Assembly (NCBI GenBank): GCA_027310185.1
Contig: DAIDBH010000018.1
Location: forward strand, 160,001 to 224,000
Reading direction: 5' to 3'
Source: Thermoplasmatales archaeon
Lineage (GTDB): Archaea; Thermoplasmatota; Thermoplasmata; Thermoplasmatales; Thermoplasmataceae
Length of the DNA stretch: 64,000 nucleotides
Below, in pieces: positions 9,935 through 20,925 of this stretch; the first letter of the stretch is position 1; each line of letters opens with the position of its first letter. Both the position numbers and the translations under genes were made by a program. The notes below the pieces were generated by a model that saw nothing but the letters and a program-made list of their open reading frames with translations, did not search any database and was not told where the DNA came from.

Positions 9935-10308
9935 TCAGAATAAACATCTAAATCTCTGGCTAGAAAAAAGTTTAGTATGCCTCCAGCGTTGAACAATTGT
10001 TTAAGTAACCTGTAGTAAAATTTGCATATTCTGTTCATGTGACGACTTCTTATTATTATACATTTGCGCCCTTATCTTCCAGATAAGAAAGGTTCATTTA
10101 TACATATCCTGTGAGTATTTTCTATACCTTTTTCATACAAAATATATTGGAATCTTCCTGGAAATGAGGTACCCCAGATCTCGCATGTTCTAATGTGAAT
10201 AGATCGATATCCATACAGATCACCATACAACACTGATTCTCCACTCCTAGTTCTTCGTTCATAGATCAGGGTAAAGTTATAATAACTGTAATTCCAAAAA
10301 ATTGACTA

Positions 10309-11457
10309 GAGGTTTTCTATTTTCTACCACATTCTGTAAATTTCCTGAATAAATTCCTGATTACCGCTGAAGATCAACCTATTTTTAACTGTTTAATCCA
10401 TTAATTATCCCTTTTTATAACTGTTTCTCCTGAAATTTCTTAAATAATTGATAGCTCACGCTATCCATTGATGATCTTCAATGCATGTACATTGTAAGCA
10501 AAACATGCAAACATGAACTTCACCACACTCTTCTTAATGTTGTAACCATGACATGTGAGAAATGAAATACTCTTTTCATGATTGCATATGGATATTCCAC
10601 AAGTGATCTCTTCCTTGAGATCCTCAGATTTCTTCGTATGGATTCCATGGATAGTTTATGATTCCTTACGGATCGATCCATTGTTCCATCTATGCCTTTT
10701 GGATCATGCCCAAAGTATCCCTTATCCCTGTACACTGTGATTCCTGTTTTTGAAAGATCGATTGTTGTGTCATGATCCCTTGCTGTTGATACAGCATAGG
10801 ATCTTATTACTGGAACAGGAATGTTGTCATCAACAATTGTATGTCCCCTGTATCCGAAGAATGTTTTATTGTTCTTTTTGGTGAATGATCCATCTTTTGA
10901 TCCCCTTGTCCTTCCATCTGATCTTTTTTCCTCATGCTTAACATGACCAGGATCTGATTTGATAAATGTTGCATCCTGTGCAGATCCCTTCTTAACTTTG
11001 ATGCCCTTGGATTCAAGCTGTCTCTGCAACTCATTCCATATTATACGATCTCTTCCTGTCCTCGATAATCTTTCCCTGAATAACCATATGGTTCTTGCAT
11101 CGGGATACTGATCAGGATAATCAAGAAAGTTCATGAATGATATCCTGTCATGGATCTCCTTCTCCGCCTGTTCATCTGCAAGATTGTACAGGCTCTGGAG
11201 GTATAGAACCTTCACCATGGTTTTTACAGGTATGTTTGGCCTTCCACCATTATCTGTATCATTGTGATACAGATCATTCAATAATGGTGTGAATGCATCC
11301 CAGTCAATGGCATTCTTTACGAATATTAATGGATCATTTGTCTTCATTGAATTGTATTTCTCCTTCAACGCATGATCAAGCAGGTCACTCATGCTGTAAC
11401 ATGCGTGTTTCATGAATAAATATTACGGTGTTTCTTCGAGGGTTATTAGAAAGCCTC
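10309..11457 (-). mobile_element. IS5-family insertion sequence (about 1.15 kb)
   Basis: Imperfect terminal inverted repeats GAGGTTTTCTATT (10309) and GAGGCTTTCTAAT (reverse complement, ending 11457) around a DDE transposase; flanks CTA / TTA. Confidence 0.82.
10461..11413 (-). pseudogene. IS5-family transposase, frameshifted near the C-terminus
   Basis: GGRP, QDATFI, YRDKGY and RSLVEYPYA motifs; frame stops at RRVW* but VKFMFACFAYNVHALKIING* continues in another frame to 10461. Confidence 0.82.
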
Positions 11458-11768
11458 TTATATCTATGCACTTTTGTTAAGTACCTTTCCAATAGGGACT
11501 TTTTAGGTTACAGTTCTTCAAATGGCAATGGTTACTTAAAGATACTCTTTTTCTCAATTAAGGTGTAGCGAGCTATAAATATGGTGACTGGCGTGATTGT
11601 CATAGTTAGGTGATTGTGGACAACGGAAATATCAACAATTATCGTTAATAATTAGAAAAGGAAACAAGAGTGAGAAAACTTTATCACAATCTTTCACGCC
11701 AATAAGATAGTGTGATTAGTAATGTAAAGTAATGTAAAAGTATTAATATATCACCAATATACCAAAAT

Positions 11769-12065
11769 ATGTCTAAAATAGGATTGAAAATAGATGGGAT
11801 GACCTATGATAAATTGAAGTGGTTAAAAACGCGATTTGAGTTTGTTTATGAGAACAATATGAACTGGGATGAATTCTTTCAGACAATTGTAAAAGATAGT
11901 CTCCTCATTCTGGCGCAGGATCTGATTAACCTAAAAAAGGGAAAAGTTACTGTAAATGAAATTATGGAAATATTAAGTGGTTCTAATAAATTCATGGCTG
12001 AGGAACTGAAAGTTCATATGATAAATGCAGGTCTGATATCACGTAATGATCTTTCCATTCAGTGA
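11769..12065 (+). CDS. Hypothetical protein, possible RHH-like DNA-binding N-terminus
   Basis: 98 aa; KIGLKIDGMTYDKLKWLK...NWDEFFQTIV beta-alpha-alpha-like pattern; 4-nt overlap with next ORF. Confidence 0.6.
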   Translation: MSKIGLKIDGMTYDKLKWLKTRFEFVYENNMNWDEFFQTIVKDSLLILAQDLINLKKGKVTVNEIMEILSGSNKFMAEELKVHMINAGLISRNDLSIQ

Positions 12066-12769
12066 TTGATAAAATGACCGAACAGGCAAAGCAAAAAATT
12101 AGGATTACACTTTCTGAAAGCAAAAGAAGGTTTGGTTTTAAGGAATTCAAGAAATTTGGAAAACTCTACATCATTATAGTCATATTAATTGCTGGATTAG
12201 AAGCAATTCTTGACCTTACAGGAATCATGATTTTCAGCTTTACTGAAGGCATGGTAGACTTTTTTGCATTAACGATCTCCTTTGTTGTTGGCATTTTCAC
12301 TCTACCAATAATGAGGACAAAGTTATACAGACAGAGATATACTTCAATGCTTGAGATTGCAGGGTTATTTGTTTCAATCCAAATAGCAGGTCTATTGACT
12401 TTTTATTTCCTTTTTCCCTCTCTCAGCTCTACGACGGATTTTGTTGTATTCATAAGTTCAGAAATAGTGTATCAGATAGCATTCAACCTTGTTGTTAGAA
12501 GCTATAAATTCAATAGAAGATTTTTTTCTGTCCAAACCCACAATGGAATAAAGATTCATCAGAATGCAGATGGTTCTGTCCAAACTATTGATAGATCTGA
12601 CTTTTTGACAGGGGATATGAAGAAGATAATCGAGGATAAAATCAGAGGGACAATTGGTGAAGAAGAGTTCCTTGAAGCAATTTCCACTCTGGATTCAACG
12701 CAGAAAGAATTTGTCATCTCTTTAACATCAGGAATAGAGTCAAGACTTAAAAATAAATACAGACTGTAG
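12062..12769 (+). CDS. Hypothetical 4-TM membrane protein with soluble C-terminal domain
   Basis: 235 aa, four hydrophobic segments; GTGA coupling to upstream ORF. Confidence 0.68.
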   Translation: MIDKMTEQAKQKIRITLSESKRRFGFKEFKKFGKLYIIIVILIAGLEAILDLTGIMIFSFTEGMVDFFALTISFVVGIFTLPIMRTKLYRQRYTSMLEIAGLFVSIQIAGLLTFYFLFPSLSSTTDFVVFISSEIVYQIAFNLVVRSYKFNRRFFSVQTHNGIKIHQNADGSVQTIDRSDFLTGDMKKIIEDKIRGTIGEEEFLEAISTLDSTQKEFVISLTSGIESRLKNKYRL

Positions 12770-13512
12770 ATTACTTTATCTGAATATTTTTCTACAGGCA
12801 TTGATTCTTTCAAACGAATATTCATCAGTGATATTATCATAGAACATTCTCAACCCCTCAATTTCATATAGAAATTTCCTCATTATAGTTGTATTACGAA
12901 TGTAATTCCAAGAATGAGAAATCAAAACATTCTATCTAAAAGCAAGGATAGAGGCCAGCATTAACTCTAATATGTGCAGGATACTTAGTTCCGAAAAGAA
13001 TCTAAATTTGTGATATAACTCACAGATACATCAAAACAGGAAAGTCAGTTTATAAGATTTTTTAGGTTTTCATCTTAAGTAATCCGGTTCATTATAATTA
13101 TTAGAAGGCACAATTGTTATATGCCACTATCCAAACTTAAACTAATCACTACGTTAGCAATGCATTAATGTGTTCAACATTAAATGAGTTGTGGAAACAA
13201 CATAAAACCTATCATTAGTGGAATCATGAACTTCCTACCCCTAGAAGCCCCAAATAAATGGTTAATAAAACAGAGATAAAACCGAAATTGTTTAACTTTA
13301 TGGAATATTGAGTCTAACCTGAACAGAAGATAATTAAATTATTTTTTAATATTATATATTCTCTAGATCTCTATCAAACTCCAATTTAGTAAAGTGTATG
13401 GAATATACAAAAATCAGCACAACTTCAACATCACATTTATATTGTCTGAAAAATGTTTAAAAAAATTTATAGCAAGTTGAAATATAGTATTGAATAAGGT
13501 AGTGACAAAATC

Positions 13513-15249
13513 ATGGATCAAAATGAAGTTATCGTCAGAGTAGGCGGGGCTGCCGGAGACGGTGTTCAGTCTGCAGGGTTAATAATAGCAAGAGTTTTTT
13601 CGAGGAGCGGATTGTACGTCTCCACTTACAACTATTATCAGAGCATAATAAGGGGCGGACAAAGCTGGTATCAGGTAAGAGCATCGATAAAGAAGGTGAA
13701 AAATCAGGGAGACGATTTGGATATCCTCATCGCATTGAATAAGGATGCACTGGAAAGGCACACCAACCCTGAGATAAATGAAGGTGGAGCATCGCCAGTC
13801 AAAGGGATTGTTGTTTACGACAAAGGTGTTGGTGACTTCAAGAAATTTGACGGTATAAAATACTGCGAAATGTCACTAGGTGAAATTGCGCAGAAATACA
13901 GTAAAAACACTCTTTTGAAAAACACAGTTGCCATAGGAGCAGTATTTGGATATTTATCAATTGATTTTGAAGAGCTTGCAAATGTCATAAGAGATCAGTT
14001 TGGGGGCAAGGGTGAAATAGCAGAACTTAACGTAAAGGCTGCACAGGAAGGTTACGACACTTTTGTAGAAAAATATGGGAAGGCCGCAAAAGAACTCAAA
14101 ACTCCAAAGAAGAAGATGTATCTTATGGCTGGAGGAGAAGCTGCAGGATTGGGAGCAGTAAGGGCAGGACTGAAGGCATATTTTGGATACCCTATGACCC
14201 CTGCGTCATCCATCATCCATTATCTCGCATCACATGAAAAGAAATTCAATGTATTCGTTAAAATAACAGAAGATGAAATTTCAGCAATTAACATGGCCAT
14301 AGGAGCTAATTATGCCGGAATCAGGGCAATGACAGGATCATCTGGCGGAGGTTTTGCACTAATGACCGAAGCTGTAGGTATGTCTGCGGAAATGGAAATA
14401 CCACTAGTTGTGTATGAGGCTCAGAGAGCGGGTCCATCCACCGGGCTTCCAACAAAAACCGAGCAGGGAGACCTGCTCCAGATTCTGGGGGCATCCCAGG
14501 GGGATTTTCCAAAGGCAATTTTCTCTCCTAGAAACATTGAAGAAACTTATTATATGGTAGGAGAAGCATTGAATCTTGCTGAAAAATACCAGATACCAAT
14601 ATTCTTCATGGTTGATCTTTATCTTGCTGAGCATGATGAGACTATCGAGAACCTGAAGCTTGATTCCAATATTGTAAGAGACCAATTTGCAACAGGTAGC
14701 GAAAAGAATTACAAGAGATATGAATTCACTGAAAATGGAATTTCAACGAGAGCATTACCAGGAACACCAAATTTAATGCACAACGAGGATTCAGATGAGC
14801 ATGATGAAAAGGGAGATGTAGTCAGCGATGCTGTAACTGATCCAATGATACGAAAGAAAATAATGGAAAAGAGAATGAAGAAATTGGAGCAGTTGAAAAA
14901 AGAACTCCCTCCAACGCCTCAGTACAGGTTGGACGATGCTGAATACGCAGTGGTACAGTGGGGATCAACACAGGGAGCTGTGGAGGAGGCTGTAGATATG
15001 TTAAGGAATAAGGGAATAAAGGTAGGTGCCATTGAAGTGAACAGGCCCTATCCAGTAAATCCAGACATATTGAAACTTACAAAGGGAAAGAAAAAGATAA
15101 TATTTGTAGAAAATAACTACACAGGGCAGTTATTGAGACTCATCAAGTCAGAAATGAGTCTTGAGGCAGACCTGATCACCAAATATGATGGCGAATCGTT
15201 CTACCCAGGTGCGCTGGCTGTGGAAATAGAGAAAAAAATAAAGGAGTGA
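13513..15249 (+). CDS. 2-oxoacid:ferredoxin oxidoreductase subunit alpha
   Basis: GGAAGDGV, YPMTP, EDEISA and QRAGPSTGLPTKTEQGD motifs. Confidence 0.96.
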   Translation: MDQNEVIVRVGGAAGDGVQSAGLIIARVFSRSGLYVSTYNYYQSIIRGGQSWYQVRASIKKVKNQGDDLDILIALNKDALERHTNPEINEGGASPVKGIVVYDKGVGDFKKFDGIKYCEMSLGEIAQKYSKNTLLKNTVAIGAVFGYLSIDFEELANVIRDQFGGKGEIAELNVKAAQEGYDTFVEKYGKAAKELKTPKKKMYLMAGGEAAGLGAVRAGLKAYFGYPMTPASSIIHYLASHEKKFNVFVKITEDEISAINMAIGANYAGIRAMTGSSGGGFALMTEAVGMSAEMEIPLVVYEAQRAGPSTGLPTKTEQGDLLQILGASQGDFPKAIFSPRNIEETYYMVGEALNLAEKYQIPIFFMVDLYLAEHDETIENLKLDSNIVRDQFATGSEKNYKRYEFTENGISTRALPGTPNLMHNEDSDEHDEKGDVVSDAVTDPMIRKKIMEKRMKKLEQLKKELPPTPQYRLDDAEYAVVQWGSTQGAVEEAVDMLRNKGIKVGAIEVNRPYPVNPDILKLTKGKKKIIFVENNYTGQLLRLIKSEMSLEADLITKYDGESFYPGALAVEIEKKIKE

Positions 15250-15255
15250 AAAAAG

Positions 15256-16107
15256 ATGGTTACATTAGCAGATTTTAAAGGGACCGTGAAAGCGGATTGG
15301 TGCCCGGGATGTGGAAATTTTGCACAGTTGACTGCAATCCCAATGGCACTCGCAGAGTTAGGTATTAAACCAGAAGACACAGTAATAGTGTCTGGTATAG
15401 GCTGTTCAAGCAACATGCCTGAATTCGTAAAGGCATATGGATTTCATGGAATACATGGAAGATCTCTGCCAGCTGCCTCAGGAATAAAATGGGCAAATCC
15501 TGAATTAACAGTAATTGCATATGGTGGTGACGGTGACGGTTTTAACGAAGGAACCCAGCATTTCTACCATGCAGCAAGAAGAAATCCAGACATAACTTAC
15601 ATAGTTTCGGATAACCAGATTTTCGGACTTACAACGGGACAGGCATCACCAACATCAAGACTAGGCATGAGGACAAAGACCACTCCCGATGGAAACATTG
15701 AACCTCCAATAAACCCAGTAACAATGGCCCTAAACGCAGGTGCAACATTTGTGGCAAGAGAATTTTCAGGGGATGTCAAACATATGCAAGCGACAATAAA
15801 GAAGGCCATACAGCACAAGGGATTCTCATTCGTTGATGTTTTCAGTCCCTGTGTGACTTATAACAAAGATAACACTTATGATTTCTTCAGGAAGAGGGTT
15901 TACAAAGTAGAAGATGAAAAACACGATCCCACAGATTTCATGGCAGCATACAAAAGAGCCGATGAATGGGGGGACAAAATACCGATTGGAATCCTTTACG
16001 AAGCTAATGACATGACATATGAAGAAAGGGACTCCGTGATGAAGACTCCACTTATAAAGCAGCCAATAACTAAGTTGACCGAAGAAGATCTTCAGGAATT
16101 CTACTGA
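15256..16107 (+). CDS. 2-oxoacid:ferredoxin oxidoreductase subunit beta
   Basis: WCPGCG, SGIGCS, GGDGD TPP motif, GLTTGQASPT, SPCVTYN. Confidence 0.96.
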   Translation: MVTLADFKGTVKADWCPGCGNFAQLTAIPMALAELGIKPEDTVIVSGIGCSSNMPEFVKAYGFHGIHGRSLPAASGIKWANPELTVIAYGGDGDGFNEGTQHFYHAARRNPDITYIVSDNQIFGLTTGQASPTSRLGMRTKTTPDGNIEPPINPVTMALNAGATFVAREFSGDVKHMQATIKKAIQHKGFSFVDVFSPCVTYNKDNTYDFFRKRVYKVEDEKHDPTDFMAAYKRADEWGDKIPIGILYEANDMTYEERDSVMKTPLIKQPITKLTEEDLQEFY

Positions 16108-16167
16108 TCATCCTGAAGTTTACTTCATATTTATAAAATTTATTATACTATTTTTAAATCCGTCTCC

Positions 16168-17475
16168 ATGAATTTTTCTTTCAGGCAACTTACGTTTCAG
16201 TCATTTGGTTCAGTAGGTCCTGCATTGAATTTTGTGGCACTACTACCCTTAATAGCATTTTTCTCAGGTAGCATGATGCCTGTTGTAGTCACCGTTGCTT
16301 TCATCATTAGTTTCATGAGCTTCCTGCCTATCATTTTATTTTCTTCTAAAATTTCTAATGGATCGGGGTACGCAGCATATGCAATGTATTCTCTTGGATT
16401 CAGGATTGCAGTCTTTACAGGATTGGTCTACATAATGTATTCTATCCTTGTAATTCCCAATATAATTATGTTCTCATCGTTTTTTGTGCAATCATATTTC
16501 ATTTCAGGAAACAAGATCGTTTTTGATCTGCTATTTGCAGCAATATTAATCATCTTTCTATCTGTTCCATTATTAAAGAGGAGGAATCTTGCAATTTTCG
16601 TAATAACAGCTATCGGAATGATTGAAATCCTCGGAATTCTTGTTCTAAGTATAGCTATGATCTTAATGATGAGCAATTCTACCATTTCCATAAGTTTATC
16701 GCGTGTTTTTTCTGGGAATTTCTGGGAAGGAGTCATGCTCGGAGTTCTTATGTTTTCTGGCAGCGGCAGCGGAATATTCCTCTTCAGCAAATCCAGCATC
16801 CCATCTACACGGGTAAACAAAACACTGATCTTTTCTTACCTCATTACTGGATTTGTCATGATAATATCTTCATATTCTCTCACTGTTTTTCTTGGAAGCA
16901 ATATAAACTACTACTCATCAAACCCGGCCATATTGCTGAGAATCCTTGGTACAGATATGGGAGGGATAGTTCCATATTTACTGGTAGCCTTATTACTGCT
17001 TAGTGCCTATAATCTAATGTTATCATACTCTCACGCATTGTTGAACATGTATGAAGATTTTCAGGGTATGATTTTAAGGAAGATGAGGTATATAAAAACA
17101 GGTACATTCTTTATTATTTTACTGGTATTAGACACAGTAATAATATTGATTTCAAGGTCTACAATTGGTTTCTATAACGCCTTTGTGGTAATAGCTGAAA
17201 TAGTCAGCCTTTCCTATGTTGTTGTACACATTATTGTTGGTCTATCACTTTTCAACTCCAGAAAATTCAGGAGAGAAATAAGAATGGTAGGGCTTGTTTC
17301 AATGTCTCTCCTCTTCATTGCCATGATAGGTTCTCTTATCAACAGTTCTGGTCTATTCTACCTTACTCTCTCATCATTCATTATTATAATTTTAATTTCC
17401 GTACTGGGCTCATCATTAATATCAAGAAATTATGACAGGACTGAAAGTTTACATGAAAATCTCATTTCATCTTGA
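16168..17475 (+). CDS. APC-family amino acid permease (divergent)
   Basis: About 12 TMs; QSFGSVGPA TM1 motif and GSGYAAY segment. Confidence 0.72.
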   Translation: MNFSFRQLTFQSFGSVGPALNFVALLPLIAFFSGSMMPVVVTVAFIISFMSFLPIILFSSKISNGSGYAAYAMYSLGFRIAVFTGLVYIMYSILVIPNIIMFSSFFVQSYFISGNKIVFDLLFAAILIIFLSVPLLKRRNLAIFVITAIGMIEILGILVLSIAMILMMSNSTISISLSRVFSGNFWEGVMLGVLMFSGSGSGIFLFSKSSIPSTRVNKTLIFSYLITGFVMIISSYSLTVFLGSNINYYSSNPAILLRILGTDMGGIVPYLLVALLLLSAYNLMLSYSHALLNMYEDFQGMILRKMRYIKTGTFFIILLVLDTVIILISRSTIGFYNAFVVIAEIVSLSYVVVHIIVGLSLFNSRKFRREIRMVGLVSMSLLFIAMIGSLINSSGLFYLTLSSFIIIILISVLGSSLISRNYDRTESLHENLISS

Positions 17476-18730
17476 TTGTGCCTCCAGAAGGGCTTCCCGG
17501 GATCTTCTGCCTGTATAATATGGAAAATAGTCCAAGAGGCGTTCTTCCCTTTTTCTCAGGTTCTTTTAATTTCAGGAATAAGAAGGATGAGGAAAATCTT
17601 CCTACAAACACTATCATATACGAGACTTCGAGGGCTTTCACAAGTGGAAACACAGAAAGTGCATATTGAAGAAGATAACCGCCAGCGAGTGCACCCATTA
17701 GATATACCAGTCCGTTGAAACCATTGATTATTGATATATATTCTGCCCTCCTGGTTGTTGGTATAATGTCCAGTAGATAAGAATTCATTACAATATTTTG
17801 TAAAGCTCCAAGAAAACCGCTGTATGATTCAAGAAGAACAAACAACAGGAAGGAATGAAAAAATGCATAAAATACTGGAATGAAGCTCAACATTACCCTG
17901 TTAACGAAGATCAGTGGGGGCCGTTGGGTCTTATCAGTTATTCTCCCTAAAAGAGTCTGAATAACTATGGTCACAGACAATGATACTATGGTAAGAATGG
18001 CCACAGCTCTAAGCCCAAAACCCATAACAGAAACTATAGTAATTGGAAACATTGGCCAGGCCATGGACCAGAAAAACCCCTGAATGTTTGTTGCCCTGAA
18101 ATAAGGGAAGAAGTTTTCGTCATATCTGATCTTCCTTATGGTTGCAAGGAGAGATCCGTCAAACCTTGCATTGTGCTTTGTTTCTTTCAAGGAAACCAGG
18201 AAGACGCTGGAAACAAGATATGTTGCAGAAGAAAGGAAGAATGGCAGCATTATGTTTGACTGGAGATCTCCTCCAAAAAGAAAGACCATGACAATCAGGG
18301 AAATTATCGTACCTGCTGATGAAATATTATTGATGAAGGTCAGGAACTTACCTCTCACACTTGAATCAGAAATATCAGCGATGAGGGAAAACCAGTTTAC
18401 CGTAATCATTGAACCAAAGAGGGCTATAAGGGAATAAATCACTATCAAATTGACTGGGTTCGATGCAAAGGGCATCAGGGCCCAGAGTGTAGCAAGTATG
18501 ATGCTTCCAATTATGAGGAATATCCTTCGTGAACCTGTTCTATCGCTTATCTTTCCCCAGAGTATTTGCCCTCCGTTTGATATTGCATTTGCAGAGGACT
18601 GTAACCAGCCCATTTCACTTGCACTTGCACCTATAAGAACGGCGTAAATCCCAACAAAAGTGGATGCTGCAGTTGCACCTACGGATGACAAAAAAGATCT
18701 AATTCCTATAATTGATTTATTACTTGGCAA
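17462..18730 (-). CDS. MFS transporter
   Basis: WGKISDRTGSRR motif A; 12 TMs. Confidence 0.9.
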   Translation of the reverse strand: MPSNKSIIGIRSFLSSVGATAASTFVGIYAVLIGASASEMGWLQSSANAISNGGQILWGKISDRTGSRRIFLIIGSIILATLWALMPFASNPVNLIVIYSLIALFGSMITVNWFSLIADISDSSVRGKFLTFINNISSAGTIISLIVMVFLFGGDLQSNIMLPFFLSSATYLVSSVFLVSLKETKHNARFDGSLLATIRKIRYDENFFPYFRATNIQGFFWSMAWPMFPITIVSVMGFGLRAVAILTIVSLSVTIVIQTLLGRITDKTQRPPLIFVNRVMLSFIPVFYAFFHSFLLFVLLESYSGFLGALQNIVMNSYLLDIIPTTRRAEYISIINGFNGLVYLMGALAGGYLLQYALSVFPLVKALEVSYMIVFVGRFSSSFLFLKLKEPEKKGRTPLGLFSILYRQKIPGSPSGGTIKMK

Positions 18731-19073
18731 TTTGTGTTCTGTGGGATTAATCCCTAAAAGATAAATATATCCATTTTGAAATCACTTCAAAAATACACCG
18801 AGTCTGAAGTTTGACAATGCAGAATTTCAGAAAAGGTAAACCTTTTCATGCTGTTCACTACCTATAAACGTGTTCAAAGAGATATCGTGCAAAAAAACAT
18901 TATCCACTAAATAATCTTAACCTGAACATAAGAAATTATATGTCTCTGAAGAATCATGGAAAACAGCAGTTGCAATAAGAATAAAGCAATAGGGACAATA
19001 GCATTTATATGCATATTTCTATTACCCTACTACTCAATCAGGTTCAAAATTTGAATTAAACTAGGGTGATATA

Positions 19074-19502
19074 TTGGCGAATGGAGAAAATGCAGGATCA
19101 AAGTTAAGCAGTGATAGGGAAAAATTCAGATGGTCTAACAGTAAGTATAAGAGAAGAGTGCTGGAATTAAAAAAGAAGAGTGATCCACTTGAAGGATCAC
19201 CTCAGGCCAGAGGAATCGTTATAGAAAAAATTGGTATTGAAGCAAAGCAGCCTAATTCAGCCATAAGGAAGTGCGTAAAAGTTCAGCTTATAAAAAATGG
19301 CAGGCAGGTTACTGCGTTTGCTCCTGGTGATGGTGCCATAAACTACATAGATGAGCACGATGAAGTCCTGGTGGAAGGAATAGGTGGAAGTAAAGGTAGA
19401 AGCAAGGGAGATATCCCCGGAGTCAGATATAAGGTCGTTGGAGTCAATGGCATCTCGTTATCTGAGTTAGTGAGAGGAAGAAAGGAGAAGACGGTGAGAT
19501 AA
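19074..19502 (+). CDS. rps12: 30S ribosomal protein uS12
   Basis: [12 protein letters not shown] and [10 protein letters not shown]; TTG start after SD GGGTGAT. Confidence 0.97.
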   Translation: MANGENAGSKLSSDREKFRWSNSKYKRRVLELKKKSDPLEGSPQARGIVIEKIGIEAKQPNSAIRKCVKVQLIKNGRQVTAFAPGDGAINYIDEHDEVLVEGIGGSKGRSKGDIPGVRYKVVGVNGISLSELVRGRKEKTVR

Positions 19503-20065
19503 TGGATCTTAAAATTTTTGGAAAATATGATGTAAGCGGAATCGAGGTCCATGATTTGGGACTCTCTAAATATATTAACCTGAATTCGTACATGAACCTG
19601 CATACAGGTGGAAGATTTTCAAACTATTCAGCTGGAAAGAAGAATGTAAACACAGTTGAAAGGTTGATTAACAAACTTATGAGAACAGAAAAGTGGACTG
19701 GAAAGAAGTATGGAGCATACAGGATTTTAAGGGACGCATTTGAAATAATCGAAGAGAAGACAAAGCAGAACCCTCTCCAGCTTCTCATAAACGCAATAGA
19801 GAACGCTGCTCCAAGAGAGGAAGTGACAAGGTTGAAATATGGTGGTATCGCGGTACCCAAGGCAGTGGATGTTGCCCCTTCAAGAAGAGTGGATGAAGCA
19901 CTGAGAAACATTGCTATTGGTTCAACAGACGCTTCATACAAAAACAAGAAATCAATTGAGGCATGCCTCGCAGATGAGATTATACTTGCATCAAAGAACG
20001 ACCAGAATTCTCACGCAGTAGCCAAAAAGGAAGAAGTGGAAAGAATAGCAGCCTCCGCAAGGTAA
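19502..20065 (+). CDS. rps7: 30S ribosomal protein uS7
   Basis: [26 protein letters not shown]; TAATG coupling. Confidence 0.97.
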   Translation: MDLKIFGKYDVSGIEVHDLGLSKYINLNSYMNLHTGGRFSNYSAGKKNVNTVERLINKLMRTEKWTGKKYGAYRILRDAFEIIEEKTKQNPLQLLINAIENAAPREEVTRLKYGGIAVPKAVDVAPSRRVDEALRNIAIGSTDASYKNKKSIEACLADEIILASKNDQNSHAVAKKEEVERIAASAR

Positions 20066-20146
20066 TCCCAATATTACAACCAATTTTTTTTAACTTTAAA
20101 GTTTTCATAAACAAGTGTTTATATATTTTTTGATGATGGTCATCAA

Positions 20147-20617
20147 ATGAGAAATAAGTTAGTAACTGGAATAGTGAGCCTCCTCTTCGGTGTTCTCATC
20201 TTGATTTCCCTCATAATACCATGGTGGAATGAGGCTTTGGGCATATTTGGTCCAGCCGGTACATTTTATCCCCTGTCCACACCTACTATTCCACAGGATA
20301 TGCCACGATATCTTTCGTACATCACAGGAATTCTGATTATAGTATCAGGCATTAGTGCCATTGTTTTCGGGTCCATTATGATCTACAAAAAGAAAAGCCA
20401 GAAGTCAAACATCGGTTCGGTTATAGCCGGTATAATAGGAATAGTGGCATTAATCGTTTATATAATATTCATCTACAAGGTTTCTCCAGATCTCAATGGA
20501 CATGTATTCTATTTCAGCAGCTATGCTGGAGTGGATTACGGTCTTCAGGCAGGTTTCTATGTAGAAGGTATTTCTTCGTTCATATTGTTTGTCTTTGGGC
20601 TTGTTTCCCTGGCCTAG
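20147..20617 (+). CDS. Hypothetical 4-TM membrane protein
   Basis: 156 aa hydrophobic ORF (IPWW after TM1, GLQAGFY before last TM). Confidence 0.72.
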   Translation: MRNKLVTGIVSLLFGVLILISLIIPWWNEALGIFGPAGTFYPLSTPTIPQDMPRYLSYITGILIIVSGISAIVFGSIMIYKKKSQKSNIGSVIAGIIGIVALIVYIIFIYKVSPDLNGHVFYFSSYAGVDYGLQAGFYVEGISSFILFVFGLVSLA

Positions 20618-20925
20618 TTCCAGCCGCAACCCCACGTGAATCAGGCGAATAGTTCTAAAATAGGTTCAAAGACCTTTAATATAGTAATATGGGTATGAAT
20701 GGTTAACTTTTGTTGATTTAACTCAAAGAGCAATCATTTTAAATCTTCATGTTGCCTTCTTACATTACCAGATCCGTTCTCGCTGACTGTCAAAACCTTT
20801 CTAAAACCAATGCACGAAAGTTTTTGTCTAATACTGCCATAGAACAGCTTAAATGTTTCCCTTATCATAAAAAACCATCTGAACTGTTTAAGAGAAAGAT
20901 CCTGCCATGTATTCTTATATCATAA

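Noticed and set aside
9753-9947. 64-aa minus-strand ORF
   Set aside because: Antisense to tRNA-Ser and the CoA-binding gene
19074-20065. rps12-rps7 without a following EF-2 gene
   Set aside because: Split str operons are known in archaea, including this lineage as far as I recall; not novel
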